Assembly (NCBI RefSeq): GCF_006345805.1
Contig: NC_043007.1
Location: 45,508,001 to 45,572,000 of the forward strand
Length of the DNA stretch: 64,000 bases
Source: Octopus sinensis
Taxonomy: Eukaryota
Direction: 5' to 3'
The notes under the pieces were generated by a model. The model worked only from the letters and a program-made list of their open reading frames with translations, did not search any database and had not been told where the DNA came from. The translations under genes were made by a program, and so were the position numbers. Positions 24,978 to 38,803 of this stretch are shown in pieces (position 1 is the stretch's first letter; each line of letters starts with the position of its first letter).

Positions 24978-25772
24978 GTGTGTGTGTGTTAGCAGGAAGC
25001 TGTTTCGAACGTGGCTGTCGATTTCTTATTCTTTTTTTCAGACCCATTTTTTCTAAAGCTAATTATGCAATGTATCCTATTTTAGAAACGTAATTGATCA
25101 GTATTTGGTTGTTATTTCTAGATGTGTTTCTAGAGAAGTTTCGCTTAAGCAGAAGGTCTTTAGTCCTTGATTCACTTTGGTTGTCAGGATCGTAACGTGT
25201 TGAAACACATAAGTGATCGAACCGGTGAAATCTGGAACATATCAAACAGCAACAAAGGCGACGATGACAACGAAAGCAACAGATGAGAATAATAAAACAA
25301 TCATCATCATCATTATCGTCATCATCATCATCGTCATCATCATCATCGTCATCATCATCAATAACAAAAACAACAACAACGATTTACAAAGTCTGAAATA
25401 CAGTAACAAAATATATCATTAATATCATGGTTGATAAACTATAAAGCTATGTGTGACACGACTGCCTACATATCATTCAGATTTATAATATGAGGTCAGT
25501 TTCTTCCACAGTTCACATCCTCTGAAATAGACGTCTTGATTATCAAATATTGCAGAAAAATCTGATTGACATTTTTTTATAGTTTTCATTTTTGCTAGTT
25601 TATTGTTTCGTATTTCTGGAATGTACTTTGCTAATTACGTCACATAGCTTGAAGAAAAAAAAATCAACGAGGACCACAGGCTATCGTTCGTGAAACGTCC
25701 AACTTGTTGTCTCTTGAGGTCTCTGAGTGAGACTTGCAGCCAGCTTGTGCAAATGTAATGCAAAAGTCAAAC

Positions 25773-25776
<4 letters not shown>

Positions 25777-25860
<84 letters not shown>
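25777..25860. repeat. Pure (AAT)n microsatellite
   Basis: Seen directly in the sequence. Confidence 0.98.
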
Positions 25861-28020
25861 TGATTAGGTAACCAGGAGATGGATTTACTATTAATCTTTA
25901 TTTTGTACGACGATCCTTTCGACCCATCCTGCTACTGTCCCTTACGGATGGGACTCCTTGCAACGTGTTGCATACATATACATAAAGTGGTATCTCAGTA
26001 AAGATCTTGAGTTTGGGCGGCCATGGTGTTATTTTCCCGTCGAGTTAGGGAATGAAGCATTGCTACAATTTTCATTGCTATTAAATTTCCACAACAAAAA
26101 TGGTAAACATTTGTTAGTATAAACATATAACTATAGATAAGAATGAAAGAAAAAGAAAAAGTAATTTCTGCAGCCTATGTAAACAGGAGATGGACAAATG
26201 AGGTGATTAAGTTACATTATGTTTAAAACAAGGAAATCGTACTAGAAGAAGGAAGAGAAAAGAAAAAAGCAAATATATATATACAAGCGAAAGTGTCTAG
26301 AGGGCGAAAGGGTTGGTCTACTTGTTAACCTTGGTCGGGATGCGTATAGGCATATACACATACATTCACACATACGCATATCCGCACATACACCCATAGA
26401 GAGACGTGACATCTCCGCCCACTTGGCCAATTTCTGTCTTAATTCCTACAATTTATGGTCGGAAGATAACTACAAAGGTCTATCATCAGAGTTACTTTAA
26501 AGATTAGGGCAGGGTGTAGACATATTTTATGCATTCTGTATCTATATCAAGTCGGGTCGATGGTACATTCATCAACGGTAGATGACTGGACACACACAAG
26601 CACGTATATCTACTTATATACATACATCTGCACGTACACACGCACACATGTACATACACCTATACATATGCCAACACTCCTACATGTGCGCACATACACA
26701 TATACATACACACACACTGTTCTAGATATATATACACAAACATACACATCTATCTATCTATATATCTATCTATCTATATATCTATATAAACACACACACA
26801 GATATGTATACACGCACGCACGCATATACTTACACTTACACATACAGACATGCATACATTCCCATCTAGGTCTATGTGGTTTTACTGCCTCGTTAGTTTT
26901 CCACCTGTAACTTTTTGTTAGCATATTTTAGTTACATTCTAAAGTGCATTCTAAAGTGTCATATACCAAGATATATAACTGTATATGGATCTAGTCTTCC
27001 TCATTCGCAAAATGAGTCCCTCTTAATTTTGTTCAGATTGCTTTCAATTTTGGTGCATCGATGCAGCTTTGAATTTTGATTACGATCAACCAATTTATTT
27101 ATCTCATAAATTAAAGAATCTGATGTTATTTGGAATTAAAGTTGAGAAATTTGGGTAATTTTAGCCAATCGGCAGACAGTGTGGCATTAGCAGCTTGTTA
27201 CCATGACGACTGCACACTGTGTTGTGGTTCACTGTTGTTTGTGCTGCTGTCGTCTACGTTAATTTTTCACACTTGAATCTTCAAACCACGAGATTCTTTT
27301 CACCCGCGTGTTTTGTTTAAATTTTTTTGTGTTAGTATATTACATATTTTTCCGTGCTTCTGCGTGTTAGTATTTTTCTGTACTCTTTTTGTATGTCAGT
27401 ATTTTTACATATTTTTCATTTCATATATTTTTGGGACTCATTGACTCAGATATCTGGATTTATGATTGCATTAGGTTAATTCTATTCATAAAAATTTAAA
27501 TTAGAAGTATTTCTTCACATTTCAACAGCTTAACTGAAATTTAGCCCATGTAACAGGAACTAAAATGGATATATGGGGAACAGAGAAACTGTGGGTAATA
27601 AAGATAATTTGACATTATTTTTGAATTATGCGTGCAAAAGCGTATAAGATACAGGTATTCTTTTCCTTGGGATAAATTCTTTGTTAACCAGTGTTATTCT
27701 GATCGTAGTTTACAAATCCAAGCAAGAAAACGCTACACAACTTTGGAGTTTTGGATACAGACGACGACCCCTTTTCACATACACAAACAATGAAGAGACA
27801 AAAGAAACAGTAAGATTATACACGTTGATTTTATTAGTTATTTCTGTTTCTTTAGAAACCTACAATGAACTGGTCAGACGCTAAACTACAAATTTCACAG
27901 GGTACAACTTTAGAGTTGACACCGCTCCGATAAACACAGGAAATTTCTGACTCGCAACTAGATCCCTGTATATAAACATAATAAGCATAATAAAACATAT
28001 TTTGTCTCTTTAGTTAATCA

Positions 28021-28049
28021 GATAGATAGATAGATAGATAGATAGATAG

Positions 28050-28131
<82 letters not shown>

Positions 28132-28135
28132 GATA
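28021..28135. repeat. (GATA)n microsatellite
   Basis: Seen directly in the sequence. Confidence 0.98.
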
Positions 28136-28835
28136 TGATATATGCATATAAGGCTGAGAATTGACGATGTATCTATTGTATTGTGTATACTAAGATATGC
28201 TGAGAATGCAGTTAGATGTTTATATAATTGTGTTTAGTGGTATGTATGTATGCGTGGTTACTGGTGTAGGTTCAAAGCAGATCACGTCGGAGTGAGGGAA
28301 CCGATAATAAAAGTGATTTCAGTTATGAGCATTGCATCTTTTTACATATGACCAGGACATTATCCAGTGCACTTATCCATTTTCGAAGACAGCAGAGTGT
28401 GATTTCAAATAAATTTAGCTGGTATTTCTAGCAAGTCAATCGACGGCAAAGAATCTGCCTAATACGCTCGCAATGGTGTGTATATGTGTAGTTGAGTAAG
28501 TATTGCGCCGTATGTGTGTGTAGTTTTGTATGTGTGCTTGTGTGTGTGTGAGTGTGTGTAGTTGTTTGTATAGTTTTGTATAAGTCTATATTTTAGTGTG
28601 AGTGTTTGCAATTGCGAATGTGTTGTACAGTTTGTATCAGCATGTCAAGTAATATATGTGTAGTTGTGTATGTGGTAGTGTGTGCTTTGCGATTTTTTAC
28701 TGGAGAATATCTATAGCTGTGTCTGTACTATTGTCTTGGAAAAGGTGTATACATAATGGTCGATATTTTGGAAAGTATGTGCATTTGTATATGAAATTGT
28801 GTGTTGAAGCTGAGTACGCTAAGGTATCCGCTAAG

Positions 28836-28973
28836 ATGGCCGCCACAGTCGCTCTTTGGAAATGTCACAGGTTTCTCTAGTTTGCTATTTTCCAGAAGCC
28901 CTACCGTTTTCAGAGAATGCTGCGCAGAATGTATATCAAGCAGAGCAGGGCATTTAATATCACGTTAGATGAG
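28836..28973 (+). other. Candidate exon or pseudo-exon (unassigned)
   Basis: ATG at 28836 sits in AAGATGGCCGCC. The frame reads MAATVALWKCHRFL*FAIFQKPYRFQRMLRRMYIKQSRAFNITLDE and is followed by the donor GAG|GTAGGT. An alternative acceptor TTTTCCAG|28896 gives a stop-free 78-nt phase-0 exon. No homolog recognised. Confidence 0.3.
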
Positions 28974-29184
28974 GTAGGTGAGATCGGTAGGAAGGGTTTC
29001 TTGCGTATCCTTCTAGGCTGATGCGATTGAATCAGCCGTTGTCCAATCTAAACATCTGCAAAATTAATGCATGCAGAAAACAACGTTTGCAACAAGGAAG
29101 CTGCGGAACTGATTCCAATATCTTCAACTTTGTGAAATACACAAATACACAAATCAAGGTAATAGTGATCAAAGTGATTTATTA

Positions 29185-29570
29185 TCTCTCTATATATAAA
29201 CGGCAGTTTGTCTGTGCGTGTTTCTGTGTGTCTGTTTGCTTGTACCCTCACCCTGACCACGGCTTTCAACCGATTCTGATGAAACTTGACACACACATAG
29301 CCCAATGTCATAATTCAAAACTAACGCAGCCAAAATTTTGAAAAGTTTCCCCAGTTCTGAAAAAAATCGATAAATTCGACATGGGGTCGAGAATCAGAAA
29401 CACGAACCACAAACTGTCTAGGGGACGCAACTCCATCCTTTTTTAACTCTCAAAAAAAAATTTACCATCATTTTTTTCCATTTTTTTGCTATTTTTTGGC
29501 TATAACTCTCTAAAAATGCTTTATAGTTATTTCCCTTACAAACCTGAGCAACGCCGGGCGATACTGCTAG
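29185..29570 (+). mobile_element. Non-autonomous Helitron-like element
   Basis: 5' end A|TCTCTCTATATATAAA; 3' hairpin CCTGAGCAACGCCGGG followed by CTAG|T; inserted between A and T. Confidence 0.85.
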
Positions 29571-30159
29571 TTCGTTTATATATTAAATTTCTGTTGACTG
29601 GGTCCTATACAATAAAAAAATATTCTGAGAGTAACCTAAATAAATGGTCAAGGAGTGAATGCATAACTTTCAGGCAAAAGTATTTCCATTGTGTCTCCTC
29701 AAAAGAAATCAATATTCATTAATGTTTTTCTAATTGACTGTAAATATAGACAATCAAATAATTTTTTGATTCCCAATCCGTCAATTGAAATACTCATTAC
29801 TGGCGTCTGTAGCGCCTACACCAGAATGTGAGAGAAATATGTACTGTGAGATTCTTTTCTTGCCTTTGTAGTTATTCGTACGTACCCGGCATGACAGTTC
29901 TAATAAAGCAGATATATTGCACAATGTATGAAAGGATTAGGCAGGCTTTTTGATAGGCGTTCAAATAACTTAATGCTTCGATCTAACCAAGGATCATAAT
30001 TCACACATTGACATGCTGTAGTTAATTGAAATTGCTGCAATGCTTTACTCTGAACATGTTATAACCTATTTAGTGTGTCATGTTGTTCCTGCTGTTATAG
30101 TATAACCTGTGATCTGCTTAAATCAGCAAACTACGAGAATGCAATCTCCGAACATATCA

Positions 30160-30420
30160 AAGGACTACTTTACATCCGAGGCCATATTGTATCCTTATAA
30201 GCCTACAACCCGTCTTTGTATGGAATGCTGTTGTTATATATGGGAGATTGCTCCATCTTGTCACTTGGATCTCCTCTCTGGGTTAAGAGACAAGTCTCTA
30301 ATGTGACTGATCTCTCTTTTGCTTCAACTCAGCAACCACTGTTACTGGGACCTGACGCCGCCAGACTTATCAGACTTAGTCTTTTCTGTCGTTACTACCG
30401 CATAAAGGGCTCTTTCTCTT
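30160..30420 (+). pseudogene. Decayed non-LTR RT C-terminal fragment (CR1/L2/Jockey-like)
   Basis: YKPTTRLCMECCCYIW...HLDLL and QPL...LSLFCRYY resemble the recalled LYKxxIRPxxEYCxxIW and SLSLFYRYY motifs. Confidence 0.6.
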
Positions 30421-31139
30421 AGTTCCAGATCATTTTGTGCCATCTCACCTGACTCAAAACTGATACAGTCTTCATCTAAATGCTGCTGTGCTTCTACGAA
30501 GAAGGAAGTCTTTCTACGACTGTAGCTTTTTTAAAAATCTCTCAAAGTCCTTCTTCAATCTCATGTTTTACTCCTTATTTTAACCTGAACTCTTTCAAAT
30601 CTAAAGTAAACTCGTTCCATTCGTCTTCATTTCTAAGTGGCTTTCCTCGATGTTTAAGAATGTCATTTAAATAAAATCTCTTCCAGATATACCATGAGTC
30701 TGCTAAGCTAAAAAATATACACAGTACCTCTTCTAAAATGGAAATGGTTAAACACATCGGATGTTATGGTATTTGATCAGTCCAGTCAATAAGATAAAAA
30801 GAAATCACTATTACAAAATGTAAGTAGAAAAATATATATTGAGGGGTAACATAATTAGAGGAGATTTAATTCTCTTATAAGATTTCAATAGATTCCTAAT
30901 TTGTATGCTCCAGAGCAATCATAAATCAATGTTAATGTACTGAAATGTAAAAAATATAAAAGAGATTATGTGTTTGCTAGGAAATTTCTAATGCTTCTTA
31001 CATAGTAATCGAATGATTTTGTGAAACCAGAAAATTACAATAAATAACTAAATATAATGTAATATAATGGCATTTATATATATATGTGTGTGAATATATA
31101 TATATGTGTGGTGTGTGTGTGTGTGTGTGTATGTGCGTG

Positions 31140-31199
<60 letters not shown>

Positions 31200-31384
31200 T
31201 GTGTGTGTGTGCGTGTGTGTATATTACTGAAAACATAAGTTAAATGATTTACCAGGCTGAAGTACTTCTAATGAACTATTCGTTCAGTAAGAATAATATA
31301 CGAGGGGAAAGCAAAATTGAAATTACTATAGTTTGCACTCATAAATCTTTGGAAAACAAAGACTCTAAAATATATGTATATATG

Positions 31385-31443
<59 letters not shown>

Positions 31444-31566
31444 TTATGCATGCATGTATTTATGTATTTGTGTATGAATCAGTATATAGATATATAGATA
31501 TATATTTACACATATATACATATATTTATATATATGTGTGTGTGTGTGTATGCATATACACACATA

Positions 31567-31622
<56 letters not shown>

Positions 31623-32145
31623 CATACACACATATACGTATATATATATATATATACATACATACTTACACGTACGCATTCTTATTTTCTATCGCTTAAC
31701 CTTTTTATCCTTTTATTAGTTCCATCCCATAAATGACATTTTTTTTCTGTTTCCGTCGTCAGTATGAAATATTTTCCTCTAATCTCTAAGTCTCCTCTCT
31801 CAACAACATAATGTTGTCCACTTCAGGCAAAACTACAAATATTTTAAGAAGTAAAACGTTTACTGATTTTTTTTTAAACAAAAAAGCAATTTTAGAGTGA
31901 TGGATATTTCTAGAAAGAAAATAAAATAAAAGTTAATATATTGCAGAACATTACTGCGAGGTGAAAAATTAATAAATGCTGCAAGAAATGAATGTAAACT
32001 TCCGAAATCAATAAAGTTAGATCCATTTTGTAAACATTAAAATCATTGATACGCTTCTGTTGGGTGATTAGGAACTGCTATGATTCGTTTTATATAAACT
32101 ACTGGTTATTGGTAACAACTGTTTCCACTGATATCTGTATTAAAG

Positions 32146-32870
32146 AAAGCGGCGAGGTGGCAGAATTGTTGATGTAATCGGCTTAATCCCTGCATTTGTC
32201 CTTGTTTGTCCCCTATATGTTTAGCCCCTTGTGGGCAATAAAGAAATAAGAAACGTTATTACGCCGGGCGAAATGCTTAGTGGTATTTCGTCTGTCTATA
32301 CGTTCTGAGTTCAAATTTCGCCGAGGTGGACTTTGCCTTTCATCCTTTTGGGGCCGATAAATTAAATACCTGTTGCGTATTGGATTGATTTAATCGACTG
32401 TCCCCCTTCCCAAAAATGTAGGGCCTTGTGCCTAGAGTAGAAAAGAATTGTTGCACGCCGATCAAAATGTTTAGTGGCATTTCGTTCGTCTTTGCGTTCT
32501 GCGTTCAAATTCTGCGGAGGTCGACTTTGCTTTCAATCTTTTTCGGAGTTCATAAAACAAATACCAGTTGAGTGCTGTGGTCGATGTATTCGACTTACAC
32601 CCTCCTCATGAAATTATTGGCCTTGTGCCAAAATTTGAAACTATTATTATTGTTATTATTAAGGCAGCGAACTGGCAGAAGCGTTAGCACGATGGACGAA
32701 GTGCTTAGAGGTATGTTGGCCGTCGCTGTATTCTGAGTTCAAATTCCGCCGAGGTCGACTTTGCCTCTCATCTTTCGGGGTCGATGAAATAACTAGCACT
32801 CAAGAACTGGGGTCGATGTAATCGACTGCTCCTCACCCGCGAAATTTCAGGTGTTGTACCTATAATAGAC
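32146..32870 (+). mobile_element. Head-to-tail array of family B SINEs (3-4 units)
   Basis: Repeated GTTCTGAGTTCAAATTCCGCCGAGGTCGACTTTGCCTTTCATCC...GGGTCGAT...; units are joined directly or through (ATT)n. Confidence 0.92.
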
Positions 32871-32937
32871 AGGACTATTATTGTTGCTGCTGTTGCTGTT
32901 ATTATTATTATTATGATTATTATTATTATTATTATTG

Positions 32938-33446
32938 AGTGAGCGAGCAGAGCATGCCATCAAAGTGACACTGGGGTAAAATATACGAAGCCCAGTATAC
33001 CAATCATGACTACCCGTCTGATAAGGGCACACCAGGTACATGCATCACAACCATATGTGCGCGACATGGTGATCTCATATCAAGATAAACAGCACATGAC
33101 CTTGCAGGTGGAGCCCAGTTAGAATTTTCTTCAGATCGAGTAACCCATCCCGCTCAAAAGGTCCCTGAATAAGGGTTCTTTAAGGACGTTGAACGAAACA
33201 CCCATGTTTCCAGAGGTGAATTATTCAAACCCCAAAGAATCCTTCTCATCACATGGCTATGATGCTCCCCCACTACTTCTGCTCGTGATCAGAGATGCAC
33301 ATATCGTCAGCCACTAAGGGACATGCTCAACTGGTTAAGGTCAAACAACTGACAAGCAAATCTGTGGTATTGAGCAGAATATTTGCTGTAGCCCATCTTT
33401 TATACCAAGACAAAACAATGTACATGATAACACTTCCAATCAGTTA
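32938..33446 (-). mobile_element. Second copy of the about 550-bp (AAT)-tailed repeat
   Basis: Reverse complement of about 12590-13100; (ATT)n on both flanks. Confidence 0.85.
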
Positions 33447-33502
33447 ATTATTATTATTATTATTATTATTATTGTTATTGTTATTGTTATTATTATTATT
33501 AT

Positions 33503-33705
33503 TGACTAAGGCCGCTAGCTAGCAAAATAGTACGCCTAGCAAAATGCGTTCTGGCATTTCGTCCGTTCTTACGTTCCGAATTCAAATTCTGTCAAGGTCG
33601 ACTTTGCCTTTTGAGGTCGATAAATTAAATGCCAATTGGGCACTGGAGTCGATGTAATCGACCCGCCCCTTTCTCGAAATTCCCGGTGTTGTGCCAAAAT
33701 TTGAT
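33503..33705 (+). mobile_element. SINE family B
   Basis: AAGGCCGC head after (ATT)n; core GTCGACTTTGCCTTT...GGTCGATAAATTAA. Confidence 0.85.
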
Positions 33706-34467
33706 CAGTTTCTGTCTTGAAGTAATGTTTATTATTGCAGGACAAGATGTCTCTTCTCTGAGGACGTAGGTAATTTTACTGAATGATCTCCAACTGTGAC
33801 ACTTGAAGCACATAGACATTGAAATGATTTCATATACAAACACTTCTTATTCAAACGTATTCTCACGATGTCCTACAAGTGAAAGCTGATTTGGACACCG
33901 TAAATTTAATTAGTAAATCCGGTTGTAGTACATCGGCTACATTTCAACTATCTTAATGTATTCGATGGTGGGATCTTAGGACTTCAATTTAGGCATTAAT
34001 TGATACGTAAATAAAATTAAAATCTACATAGGCAAACTCTTCTTCAAAGAAGAGGTTATACAGTTATTATGGGATATTTTCAAACCATTCAACTCCCGAC
34101 ATACACACACTCGCACGCGTACGCACGGGTACACGGAGACATACACACATTTTATATAACAGTTTGACCTACCTCCATGGTACTCAAAGATTCGTAGGTC
34201 TATGATACCTATATGTTTCAGGAAATCAGATGATGTAAGCGTGTCCTGCGCTTACGAAACATAAAGTGATGGGGCGCGGAGTCAAACTGGAATTAATAAC
34301 AAATAGCTCCAACCAAACGTGTTGAGCATTTCTTTCTTTCTCTTCTCCATTCATTCACACACGGGTGCAGAGAGAAACACACAAACACGCACACATACAT
34401 ACACACACACACGAACATAGGCACACAAACACGCACACACACAAACACACAAAAACACACACACATT

Positions 34468-34502
<35 letters not shown>

Positions 34503-35224
34503 GCGCGCACACACACATCTATAAATCCGAGTAATTAAATATGTCTGTGTCTGTTTCTGCGTGTGCGTATTTGTCAAGTGGAAACAGAATAAGGTCAGAT
34601 ACACTTTTAATTCTTTTCTCGAAGAGTCCAAATTTTTGACCTCTCAAGAAAGAATTGGCGAATAAATTTAGTACATTGTGTTATGATTTTAATTATGTGT
34701 ATGTGTGTGTATCTTTTTGTTTGTATGTGTTTGTGTATATCTGTGTATATGTGTCTATATGTGTGATTTGACAAAAAAAAATCGATAGCTAAAACAAAAA
34801 TGTAAAAAATAAAAAAAAGAACTTATACTTGTAAAACGAAACAATCTTTATTACAGAGTATGAAATTCTCCGATATCCAAATTTTCATTAAAAAGTTTGC
34901 TTTGTTTGGTAAAACATTTGGTCTTAAACAAATAACCACATAATTACTGGTTGTCTGAAATACTTGTCACCAACATAACTTTTATATATAGTGAGGCTGT
35001 ATTTAAAAATAACTTTATTTGCAAAGTTAACCATGCAAGAAATCATTAATATGGATTCGAATGAATGACACCAAACCGTATCATTCGTGTGGGCGCATAG
35101 ATTATTTGGTACACCACGAAAGAGAACTTCCGGCGTTACATGATGCTTCTTGGCAGATTAGTTGTTTTTATTATGGAGTGTGTAGACTAACTGTTTAAAA
35201 GTATCTTTTCTTTTCTTATATTTT

Positions 35225-35551
35225 CCTTTTTCAGCCATTAGACTTCAGCCATGCTGGAGTGCAGCATTATATTTTTAGTCGATCGAATCGACCCCTGTAC
35301 TTATTTTTTTAAACGGGGATGCAAACATACCAACACCGATGGTTGGGCGACTAACACAGGCAGAAAGACACGCACACATAGATATACATACATATATATG
35401 TACGACAGGCTTCTTTTAATTTCATTCTACCAAATCCAATAAAGATTTTGGTCGGGCTGAGACTATAACAGAAAATACTTTCCTAAGTTTCCAAACCGGA
35501 GGACTGAACTCTGGACCATGTGGCAGAGAAGTAAGCTTCTTACCACACAAC
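35225..35551 (-). mobile_element. SINE family A (decayed)
   Basis: Homologous to 18600-18997. Confidence 0.85.
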
Positions 35552-35915
35552 TTCTCTGCAATATCCATTTATTTAGTGGATTATCTACTTATTTAATGAG
35601 TCACTGATTAAGTGGATTGATTTGGGAGATTATAGATTAGAAAGGGTTATTTTATTTGTTTGTTTCTCCGGAGTAAAAAGTAGATGAATTGCTAAACTTC
35701 GGATTATTGGAAACGGTATTGAACGTTCTTCAGTGTTTCCTGTCGTGGCTAATTTATTGCCTCAACAGTTAGGTGAGCAGGAGTGGCACTTTTGAATTTT
35801 GGCGGCTTTGCTAATACCATATAACTCAACATTTATTTGTGCTTTGTACACGTATTTGCTCATAATTCCGAACAGCAGATTACTCGCCGTATGTGTGAAT
35901 CTGTATATACGCACA

Positions 35916-35949
<34 letters not shown>

Positions 35950-36516
35950 TACACACCACACACACACATATATGGGCAAATCATAAATACAGACAAAAAC
36001 ATGAAAAACGACAAAAGTTCAAAAGGATGTACATAGTAAATATGATATTGAACTGACACTCAGATAAAGTTTCAGATGAAAACAGGAGGTAAGGGTGAAG
36101 TTTCGAGCATAGCACTTCGTTAGAAAGAGGAAAAAGTGTCGGGAGAGAATGAATAGAATAGTCCAATACATACAAATATACATACTCATATATATGTGTG
36201 TGTGTGTGTTAGTGTGTGTGCGTGTGTGTGTGTATGTGTGTGTGTGTGTGGTGTGTGTGTGTGAGTGTGTGTGTGTGTCTGTGTGTAATATTAAGGAGTC
36301 AAATGAATCATATACTTAAATGACTAGCATCAAGTTGGGTCGAATTAACTTGTAAACAACACCTTTAGTCGAATAAATATCATGGGTACCGAAGTAAATC
36401 CAGTGAAATATTGAGGTTATCTATACAGAGAATTTAACCCTCATGAGTATTTCAATAGCTTAAGGGCTAATCTAAATGTGTACGTTGTATTGGTCGTACG
36501 GTATTTATTATATATA

Positions 36517-37376
36517 CAGGATGGGTGGAAAGTAACTAGGTATTAGAAATTGCTTTTAGAAGTTTTAGTATCACTGAAGTCATGACGAAAACATTTTTAA
36601 ACAGACAACACTAATGGGGACTTTTTATTTTCTTATTGCTTTATTTCTTATTTACGAGATTGCTGGTCGCTTGACTGTTGAGGAGCGAGCTGATAGTAGC
36701 ATGCCATGAAGTGTAGAATTCCATTGTTTTACTTCAGAGATGGTGGCGTGCATGGAATGGTAAGCATGCAATACTATGTCCTGAGACGATAAAAAGTTGT
36801 CATGCAAAGCTGATAACCACAGGCTCTGGAAACGAAGAAGTGGCCATCCAACCACATCCCGATCAGCAGAGAACGTGGCAACATTGCATGAAATGTTGAA
36901 TCGCAACCCGAAAAAATGAACTCGTCAAGCAGCTCGTGAAAATGGATTTACAAAACACACAATACGTACGGTATTGTATAAAGAATTGAATTTTCGTCCG
37001 TGGAAATCCCATTACATGCAGGAGCTAAAACCTGAAGCGTGTGACCGCAGAAGTCCAGAACTCCAAGAAGGTCAGGTCTCACTCCATATAATTATTACCT
37101 TTATGGTTACACAAAAGAGATGTACCAGATAAATTCTCGCACACTGGAGGACTTGGAGACACGGACTCAGGAGGTTCTCAATGATATCCCAAACGATGTC
37201 CTTCAGAAGGTTGTTCATTTCATCCCTGTCTGTTTGAGGAAACTGATTGAAATATGAAGATTTATTTTCATTTCCCCGTGTAATAAAGAACTTGTGTAAT
37301 TTTTTTCAATGAATTTGTAAAAGGAAGATGGATTTTATTACCAATTTTTATGCCTACTTACTTTTCACTCACCCTG
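36517..37376 (+). mobile_element. Internally deleted Tc1/mariner-superfamily transposon (rosa/maT-like)
   Basis: TIRs TA|CAGGATGGGTGGAAAGTAACTAGG and CCTACTTACTTTTCACTCACCCTG; relics FRPWKSHYMQELKPE and (R)SGLTPYNYYLYGYTK, the latter resembling SPDLTPxDxxLWGY. Confidence 0.82.
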
Positions 37377-37629
37377 AGTATATATAAATATATATATATG
37401 TCGCTATTGTTCAGATCCTGTGAAGCGAAGTGAATTTAATTTTCCCTGTTAAGCAATATGTTGTTGTGTTCCTTATTTCTGTTTTTTTAACTTTACAAAC
37501 ATAAATATGTTCTGAAATCTTTACGTATTTAGAATACTTAGACATTTAGAATTCTATTACCTTCTTGTTATTCTCATGTAACACCGCAGCAGATTGCAAT
37601 TCAGTGCATAAAACAAAGTTTTACAGAGT

Positions 37630-38060
37630 ATTGGTTTCAAATTTTGGCGCAACGCCAGCAAGGTTATATCGACCCCAAGTGATACTTATTTTATCAACCC
37701 CGAAATGATAAGAGGCAAAGTCGACCTTATCGGAATGTTAACTCAGAACGTATGGACTGATGAAATTCCGATAAGCATTTTGCCCGACGTGCTACCTGTA
37801 ATGTCTATTGGCCACCTTAATAACCGTAACATTGGCATTATTAATAATGATAGTTATTCCAAATTTGGGACAAGTCCAGCAATTTCAGGGAAGAGAATGA
37901 ATCGATTACACCAATCCCATTGATCAACTGGAACTCGGTTTACCGACCCGAAAGTGATCAAAGGCAAAGTAGACATTGGTTGAATTTGAACATAAAGACG
38001 GACGAAATACTGTTAAGCATTTTGCCCAGTGTGCTAACGGTTCTGCCACCTCGCCGCCCT
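37630..38060 (-). mobile_element. Two tandem family B SINEs
   Basis: Two repeats of ...CCCCGAAA..GAT.AAAGGCAAAGT.GAC...GAATTTGAAC. Confidence 0.82.
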
Positions 38061-38472
38061 AATAACAATAATATAGGAAATATTAATAGTAATAAAATAC
38101 GAACCCAACTATTAATACACGGATATATAACACGTGAAATAAACTATGAAATTTGCCAGGAATTAACCAATCCGCTATTTGGGAACCGGTTATTACGGTT
38201 TTTATTGATTATATCAATATTTTTATGAAACATCACAACAATATACAATTCGTATCAATTGAATCAGATAATAAGACCGAGAATGTCATGAAACGTTAAT
38301 TGACTACCAAAACAAAAGAACTAATAATTCACGAAAAAACTTTAGCAATAAAAAGCGCAAAGTTGTTACAACAGTATGACAAGATTTGAAAATATAGCTT
38401 CACACCTATACAAATATCTGTGTAATTATACATAAGTACACACACATGCATACACGCGTGCGCAAACACGCA

Positions 38473-38551
<79 letters not shown>

Positions 38552-38706
38552 ATCCAAACGCAAAAACACCGGTTACATTTCATGTAATCTTTTTCTTTGT
38601 ATCTGTCTGTCTGTGAGTCTACCTGTCTGCTTGTCTGATTGTCTCTATAAGCTAACACACATACACACATATATAAATGTACTTAGATGTGTGTATATAT
38701 GCATGC

Positions 38707-38752
<46 letters not shown>

Positions 38753-38803
38753 GTGCGTGTGTGTATCTTTGTACATATGAACGTATGCGCATTTGTGTGC
38801 ATT

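Noticed and set aside
30440-30760. Minus-strand ORF WYIWKRFYLNDILKH... as a host exon
   Set aside because: There are stops on continuation and no usable donor. Another frame (HGISGR) looks more like an RT remnant, but this is unresolved.
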